DNA from: Octopus vulgaris
Lineage: Eukaryota
DNA length: 64,000 bases
Assembly (NCBI GenBank): GCA_951406725.2
Contig: OX597817.1
Coordinates: 163,246,001 to 163,310,000, forward strand
Direction: 5' to 3'
In this document: positions 56,713 through 64,000 of the stretch, piece by piece
Layout of the letters: every line of letters starts with the position of its first letter
How positions within the stretch are numbered: the first letter of the stretch is position 1
Notes under the pieces: generated by a model
The model's database searches: none
What the model saw: the letters and a program-made list of their open reading frames with translations, nothing else
What the model was told of the DNA's origin: nothing
Translations under genes and position numbers: made by a program

Positions 56713-56975
56713 TGTGGGGGTACATGGCCGAGTGGTTAGAGTAACGGACTTGCGGTCAAGGGATCGCGGGTTCGAATATCAGACCGGGCGATGTGTGTGT
56801 TTATGAGCGAAACACCTAAGCTCCACGCGAACTTCTGCTGACTCTTTCGCCACAACTTTCTCTCACTCTTTAAGCTCACCTGCGACAGACGGCGTCCCGT
56901 CTAGGTGGGGGAACCTATACGCTAAGGAAACCGGAGAAACCGACCCTTATGAGCCAGGCATGGCTCGAGAAGGTA
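56713..56975 (+). mobile_element. SINE family C head with third tail type
   Basis: Head ATGGCCGAGTGGTTAGAG...; tail GCGACAGACGGCGTCCCGTC...GAAACCG...CCTTATGAG shared with 6510-6715. Confidence 0.8.
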
Positions 56976-57388
56976 AAAAAAAAGCCCAGTAATTATCAGG
57001 ATGCAGTATTTGTAAGGAGTTACCTTCTCTTAGGTGAACAGTTAAAGAACTGAAGGACCTCATCGGCCTTGGGTCTTTTGGGGTATCTGCAAGAAACCTT
57101 TTTCCGGAGGCAATACGGGTGGATAATACATATTACTATCAGATATACGATTTAGTGTTTTATAGTGGGAAGCATGTAGGTAGTATTGTGTGATGGCAAG
57201 TGATACATTGCTCATGGGATAAAAACCAGTGGCATATAGATAGAAGAGATAAGGTATTGCACAGTGAGAAGGGATATAACATTGTACACTGAGATACAAT
57301 ATTGTACAAAGAAAATAAACATATGAAATACCATCTCTGAGGAAGAGAAGATCCACATTACAGAGAAATGACAAATACTATGTATAAA

Positions 57389-57720
57389 CTGTTGTGTCTG
57401 GGGAGGGTCATTTTCTTTTTGTGCCTTATAATGTAACACACTCACCGGTAAAATTTCCACTTATTTCTTATTTTTATTTTCCTAAAATGTTCGTTGCGTC
57501 TTGCAACCTTTTCAATAGTCTTGGCTTTTGAAAATGTTGCAAGACGCAACGAAAATTTTAGGAAAATAAAAATAAGAAATAAGTGGAAATTTTACCGTTG
57601 AGTGTGTTATATTATAAGGCACAAACAGAAAATGACTCTCCCCAGACACAACAGAATATGCTTCAACACACGAACTCATATAAAGAATCTTGCAAAACAA
57701 ATCCAAAAGCGAAACTATGT
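57389..57720. mobile_element. Fold-back PLE-like element (same family as 23084-23323)
   Basis: 127-bp inverted arms 57389-57515 / 57528-57654 with 12-bp spacer; tail 57655-57718 on the plus copy only. Confidence 0.75.
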
Positions 57721-58585
57721 ATAAAGATATTTGAAATCAGTGATTCAAGTCCCATCATTATAATCACTAGTTTTCGATTCCCAAACTCATAAAAGTTACA
57801 CTGACTGAAAAACGTGATATGTGAAACACTGAAATGAAGTTTCTACGAAAAATTTGAGAGAATTTATCTCTTCTTTTTATTGTCTAATCCCTTCTAATTA
57901 CTTCCAGTCTGTGAATGAAGGGAGTTAGATAATTTCTTTCACGGTTTTATGGATATTTGATACGAAAGATTACGTTTTTGATCACGGTAAGTTGCTTGTC
58001 ATATCTTATATGAATAATTTATAAGGAAAAAAAATTAGATAACTTTCAAATTACACAAACATTTATCTAGCTATTTTACAGTCATCTAATTCGAGGTTTT
58101 AGCCAATCTAAAGTGGCTTTAGCAATCAGATGTCATTATTACTTTTGCATAATATTGCAGCTGAATTGGTGATTGCCATCGAGCAAGAGGTAGGTTTCCA
58201 TCAATCAGAGAGAATTCAAGTTTCCGCTTCAAGACAATATTAGCTTATACAACTAATATTCCATAAAAAGGCATCTGTATGAAATATTCCCAAATGTGTC
58301 TGGTCAAAATGCATCAATAATTAGTTTGCTTGAGTAGCTGGATATGCCTGAAAGGGAAGGAAGTTCCGAGTTCAGTTATATTCTAAGTTTTAGTTTAATT
58401 TGGATGTTTTGGTTTACGGCAGCTTGTCGCTCCAATTATCACTATTGAGGCGATTGGATAGCAGAAATGTTAAAGCGCTAAATTAAATTTATTTTGTACT
58501 TTAACCTTCTAAATTCAATTCCAACTCTATTAATCTTTGCTTTTATCCTTATGGGATCGACAAAACAAGTGTCACGCTTTAGTTA

Positions 58586-59152
58586 TTGTGTTGTCCGGAA
58601 AGTTCGTGCCGATTTTTAAAGGAAAGAAAAAAGTCAATAAACACTTGCCATTACATTTTTAATCAACCAAATATGAACCATTTTGTTGCACAATGCGTCT
58701 CCATCTTTCCTTTAGCTTGAAAATACCCTCTTCCCAGAATTGAGGTGGTTTCATGGCAAATAATTTATCAAGGTATCTTTTTATGTCATCCAAGGAATTG
58801 AAATTTTTACCATTAAGACTATTCTGCAGAAACCTGAATAAGTGGAAATCCAAAGGAGCAATATCTGGTGAATATGGAGGGTGGGGTAACACATCCCAGC
58901 CGAGCTGCAGCAATTTTTTGTCTGGTTCCCAAAGCATCAAATGCCGAAAATGAACGTTCTTATCTTCCAATTTAAAGGGTTACAAAACTAACACAGGTTA
59001 TAGGAACATAAACCTTCTTCCACGAAAAGATAGCTTAAACTGTGCTCTAAATGGAGGTGTAGTCAAATCCTATTTTATGGAGTCAACCATGTCCTAAAAT
59101 AAGTCGAAAGGTAAGCTACTATAAATCGACACGAACTTTCCGGACAACCCAA
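58586..59152 (-). mobile_element. Internally deleted mariner element
   Basis: TIRs TTG(T/G)GTTGTCCGGAAAGTTCGTG(C/T)CGATTT at both ends, TA TSDs (58584-85, 59153-54). ORF 58659-58970 fuses N-terminus MEDKNVHFRHLMLW to C-terminal HPPYSPDIAPLDFHLF. Confidence 0.93.
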
Positions 59153-60275
59153 TAGTTTTAGCCTTTCTCAAATTAGCGGCCATCTGCCAAGGTAGGCTAC
59201 CGCTGTTGCTTTATCTTCTTCGAAGTTAATTAACAGGAGTCCAGTCATTCTTAATGCTGGATGATGTCGAGGTAGGTGCTCTTTATTTAGAGTATTGTGT
59301 ACAGTAAGATCATTATGCCACGGCGGTAAATTAAACATGATATTAGAGAAATACTTTATTGAACCTCCTACTATTTGAACTTAAACGGGAATATTATACT
59401 TCAATCATTTCTCTTACGAAAGCTTGAATCCACTTTGAAAGGCAAATCAAATCACCAGGAATGAAATCGAAAGGATTAATTGCTATTTATTTATATCAAC
59501 CTCATCTTTTATAGCTTTCAGTCGTTTATAATCGACAGCGTTGAGCTTTCCCACTTATATAACTTCTCTTACTGCATACACATGAAATGTGATTGGTCAA
59601 ATGCGCTAACGAGGAGGCATCTACATAGTCGCTCTATCTGTTAGAAATGTCAACCAAATAACACTCTACTGTCTTACAGAAACAGAAGAGAATGGTCACA
59701 GTAGATACCTCTAAAATGTGGTATGCTCAAGTTTGGAATGTTTTTGGTTCTAAATCTACCCGAATCGAGTTAAATTATCGATAGATGTATTAAACATCAC
59801 CGCTTACAACAAATCAAAATGTCCGCATTTGAATGATAGCATACTTTATTAATTCAGGACGACTGAACGAGAAATACGATTATGAAGGAGATTGAATTGA
59901 AAGCTGTAAGACATTTATCACAGGGCACAACTTATTGTTGTCTTCGAAGGGCTGTGAAAGCCAATGAAGCAAGAGTTAGGCTCTTCGTCAAGTCAAGCAG
60001 TGAGTGACCTAGTGTAAGTTATTTCACTCTTGAAAAAGGCATGGACCACAGTCTGCTCTACTTTCTGCTAAAGATTTTCAATGTGAAATCAATATTCCTC
60101 TCTGGAACTGCATACATTAATCAATAATACTAATGTCTGCTTTATGAGCAGAGATAGATGGATAAATAGACAGATAGATAGATAGATGAATAGATAGATA
60201 CATACACACACACACACATATATAATACAAACATACATACATGTAAATACACATTCGTATATATGTATATATATG

Positions 60276-60322
<47 letters not shown>

Positions 60323-60368
60323 ATATATATACATACATACGTATATGGATATGGATATATATATGTAC

Positions 60369-60422
<54 letters not shown>

Positions 60423-60600
60423 CACATATATATGTATGCGTGTGTATAGATATATGTATATGTGTGAATATACACACATATATATATATATATGTATATA
60501 GATTCATTATATATACACACACATAAACGTATACATATGTATTCTTTCATTGGTTCTAGTTACTTGAATCGATAGATAGATAGATACATACATACATACA

Positions 60601-60634
<34 letters not shown>

Positions 60635-60705
60635 CAAATATACATACTTACTTACTTCCATACATATATCATACAAACATGCATACACATAAATACACAT
60701 TTGTA

Positions 60706-60774
<69 letters not shown>

Positions 60775-61405
60775 GTATATATATATGTATATATATAGAC
60801 ATATATATACATACATACGTATATGTATCTGGATATATATATGTATATATACTCATTATACACACACACATATATATACGTATATATATGTATTCTTCCA
60901 TTGATTCTAGTTACTTGAGTCGAGGGCGTAGCCTTCAGGCATTTAGTCAATCATGTCAACCCAAACGAGTATTTCATTCAACATAAAGGGACAGGGCATA
61001 AAGTCAGACCACGACCAACTTATGCATTCATACACGTGAGTGCATATGTATCTATGCGTATACATGTATATACGTATACATTTGTACATATGTATATATA
61101 ATATATATGCCTATGAATGTATATTTATGTTGTTGGTACAGATCTTTATAGACACGTACACATAGGTTGTTCGCCATGTTTTTTAATGTATTATTTATGA
61201 CCATTAATGAATAACAACACTCTTCCTTCTCTTACTTCACCTCTTTCGTAACTACCACCACTATTGTTTCGTTATATCATCATTTATGTTGTTCTTGTTG
61301 TCGTTGATATCGACTTTCGTCACCACCGTCCGCCACATAATCTGTTGCATTGCATTACGTATATACTCACATTTTAATTATTCATAGATGTTATTAAGTC
61401 TTTCT

Positions 61406-61493
<88 letters not shown>

Positions 61494-61898
61494 TCATCAT
61501 TATCATCATCTTTCTTCTCCTCTCGAGACGTAATTGCTGTTTGGCATACGTAATTGCCATTGTTATTATTTTATACTTTTATTATAATTTATACATATTC
61601 CAGAAATCCTACCCACCACCACCTTCACCAGCTTCTAGTCATTATTATCATCTTTGCTATCATAATATTTCTATGTTTGTAGTGGACATTGCGTTGTGGC
61701 GTCATGTTCGTGACGAATCCATCTCTGTTGGGATCCTTTGTTATTTTATTCATTACTCTTAGGCTTACTTGAAAGGTATAAATACTGTATAAAGGCAATA
61801 CATTTATCGCTCTCGTAACCATCACCACTATCATCAACACCACCACTATCACCAACACCACCACAACATAAATGCTTCATTCATACGGGAAACACATG

Positions 61899-61949
<51 letters not shown>

Positions 61950-61952
<3 letters not shown>

Positions 61953-62320
61953 ATATATAAACGGCAGTTTGTCTGTGCGTGTTTCTGTGTGTCTGTTTTC
62001 TCGTACCCTCACTCTGACCACGGCTTTCAACCGATTCTGATGAAACTTGACACACACATAGCCCAATGTCATAATTCAAAACTAACGCAGCGAAAATTTT
62101 GAAAAGTTCCCCCAGTTCTGAAAAAAATCGATAAATTCGACATGGGGTCCAGAATCAGAAACACAAACTGTCTAGGGGACGCAACTCCACCTTTTTTAAC
62201 TAAAAAAAAATTTACCATCATTTTTTCCCATTTTTTTGCTATTTTTTGGCTATAACTCTCTAAAAATGCTTTATAGTTATTTCCCTTACAAACCTGAGCA
62301 ACGCCGGGCGATACTGCTAG
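61950..62320 (+). mobile_element. Non-autonomous Helitron-like element in (TA)n
   Basis: A|TCTATATATAAA start; ACAAACCTGAGCAACGCCGGGCGATACTGCTAG|T end. Confidence 0.72.
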
Positions 62321-62927
62321 TATATATATATATATATAAAGCGAAGCGAATACAAATAACAAGAAGCAGCAAAAACCCAAGTCGTGTTCACAGTTAATAT
62401 TATTTAGTTGACGCTCAGAGAAGGATAAAAGTGATAGAGTAGAGTAAATGTTATAACGTTTCGGACATAGTCCATCGTCAGATACAAGAGTGAAGTCCAG
62501 GACAGAATAACGGAAAGTCTTAGTTGTGATAGGAGATTAGAAAAACGTAAACACATACATTCTACGCTTTCTAGGCACGGAATAAAGGAGGAGACTGCTG
62601 ACAAACTGTGTCACAATTTCTTGGTCTCATCTCAGAGGAAACTTACCCGTTTCGTTTTCTTTACCCAATCGTTTGTATTGAATATTCAGTTGATATATAA
62701 AGCAGCCAGAAATTAAACTATTACCGTAGTCGACAACTAAATTTCCATATCTGTGCTTTTGATTACACGTCATTAGTGAAACAATATATATTTTATGTAC
62801 AATAAAGCATGAATAATGAGCACTGAAGTAAATTTAACCGTTAGAAAGCTTTAGCTGCGATAGGAAATTATATAACAGCGGTATATTCTATGTGATAGGC
62901 TGCGGAAGGAAATTAAGTACGTTTCCT

Positions 62928-62970
62928 CTGAAGAGCGGCCAATAAACTGCGAAACTGTATTTTAGCAGTC
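62928..62970 (+). ncRNA. Partial hammerhead (core, stem II and stem III; no stem I)
   Basis: CTGAAGA-GCGG-ccaataaa-CTGC-GAAA-CTG-tattttag-CAG-TC; flanks do not pair. Confidence 0.35.
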
Positions 62971-63229
62971 TCTTCTCTCTTTTTTCCGCTGAGGCTCGTT
63001 ACGCTGCATGACCGCATTCAAATTTTTATTGATTTTAATTAATTTAAATGCTCAGAATCAATAATTAAACTAATGGTTTTATTTTTCTTCTCATTACAAT
63101 TTTAACTAGTTGACATATTTTGGTCTATTATTCAAGCACCAACATAAGTTTTATTTGAAATAGTTTGATTTTTAAAATTTTATAGTGGAAATATGAAAAA
63201 AGTGTGAAAAGTACGGTTTTGCTAAATTT

Positions 63230-63417
63230 GTTGTCAGTTTAGTTGGAGAGTTAACTTTGCTCGAGTCCTGGGCTGGAGAAGATTGTTGCTAATATCTGTT
63301 TCCATAATTTTCGGCATGATGGAAGTGAGTGCGATATGATGAGAGCTGGTAGAGGTAGAGAAGTTGTCATTCTTGAGAACAGGACAGACCGTAGCGTGAA
63401 TGCAGAGATGGAGATAG

Positions 63418-63448
<31 letters not shown>

Positions 63449-64000
63449 TAGAGAGAGCGTCAGAGGTAGATATAGAAATAACTAGATAGATAGAGAGATA
63501 GAGAGAACGAGAGAGGGAGGGAGAGAGGGAGAGATAGAGAAAATGGAAGGAATATTTTCCAAGTATGTGATGATCCATGTTTGAAACGACTGGAAACACG
63601 TTCACTCTTGGAAAAAAATAATTTGGCGAACATATTTTGTTTGTGTAGTGGGAAGTTGAGTGTAAAGCTGTTAGAGAATGCGGATGTTTTCTCTGCAGGA
63701 CAGCAGTTTACAAAACTATCATGGCTGTGAAGTGAAGAAAATACGTATTCTACAAAAGTGGTTAATATCGGTTTGGTAATGAACAAAAGGGGCCGACTAG
63801 AACATGAGAGGAGATTGAGGCCTAAGTATATATGCTGCCTGGATGTTTCCTTCGCGATTCAGTATTGCAATGAGTGTTGCATCGAGTAAGAGACGTCCAA
63901 TTTCTAGTTAAAGGAAGTACAGCTACATGTGAACTCAGTGAGGTATCTAGATCTGCGAGTTTTTGTTGACTGTGGAAGAACACGAACTGAAGGACAGTTT
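63230..64000 (-). pseudogene. CR1/L2-group LINE RT N-terminal remnant split by a microsatellite
   Basis: ATVCPVLKNDNFSTSTSSHHIALTSIMPKIME (A.V.P..K.......NYRPIALTS...K.ME) preceded by HTWK and PAEKTSAF. Confidence 0.65.

Overview
Eukaryotic, very AT-rich, microsatellite-dense genomic DNA. The SINE repertoire suggests a coleoid cephalopod (Octopus-like); this is inference. Almost all ORFs in the supplied track are microsatellite artefacts. One real host gene is visible: three phase-compatible exons (19849-19917, 21191-21276, 24497-24775, + strand) of a universal stress protein (USP-domain) gene whose first coding exon I could not locate. The rest is mobile DNA: several tRNA-derived SINE families, a deleted mariner, a Tc1/maT-like remnant, two Tigger/pogo-like MITEs, two non-autonomous Helitron-like elements, decayed R4/Dong-like, CR1/L2-like and RTE-like LINE fragments, a truncated tRNA-Thr, and a decayed Penelope-like element (PLE; GIY-YIG plus RT thumb). 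The most interesting signal is a set of short, non-coding, sequence-divergent but structurally conserved fold-back elements, mostly abutting (TA)n tracts. They carry type I hammerhead ribozyme motifs: one canonical and complete at 47859-47940, and others with U3-A8 compensatory or A6U core variants. Several share a TATTTCTAG+hairpin motif and a terminal GGCCRCT(T)GGT...ACC hairpin. They look like non-autonomous PLE-derived, ribozyme-bearing, (TA)n-associated retroelements. Repeat boundaries were read by eye and are approximate unless stated.
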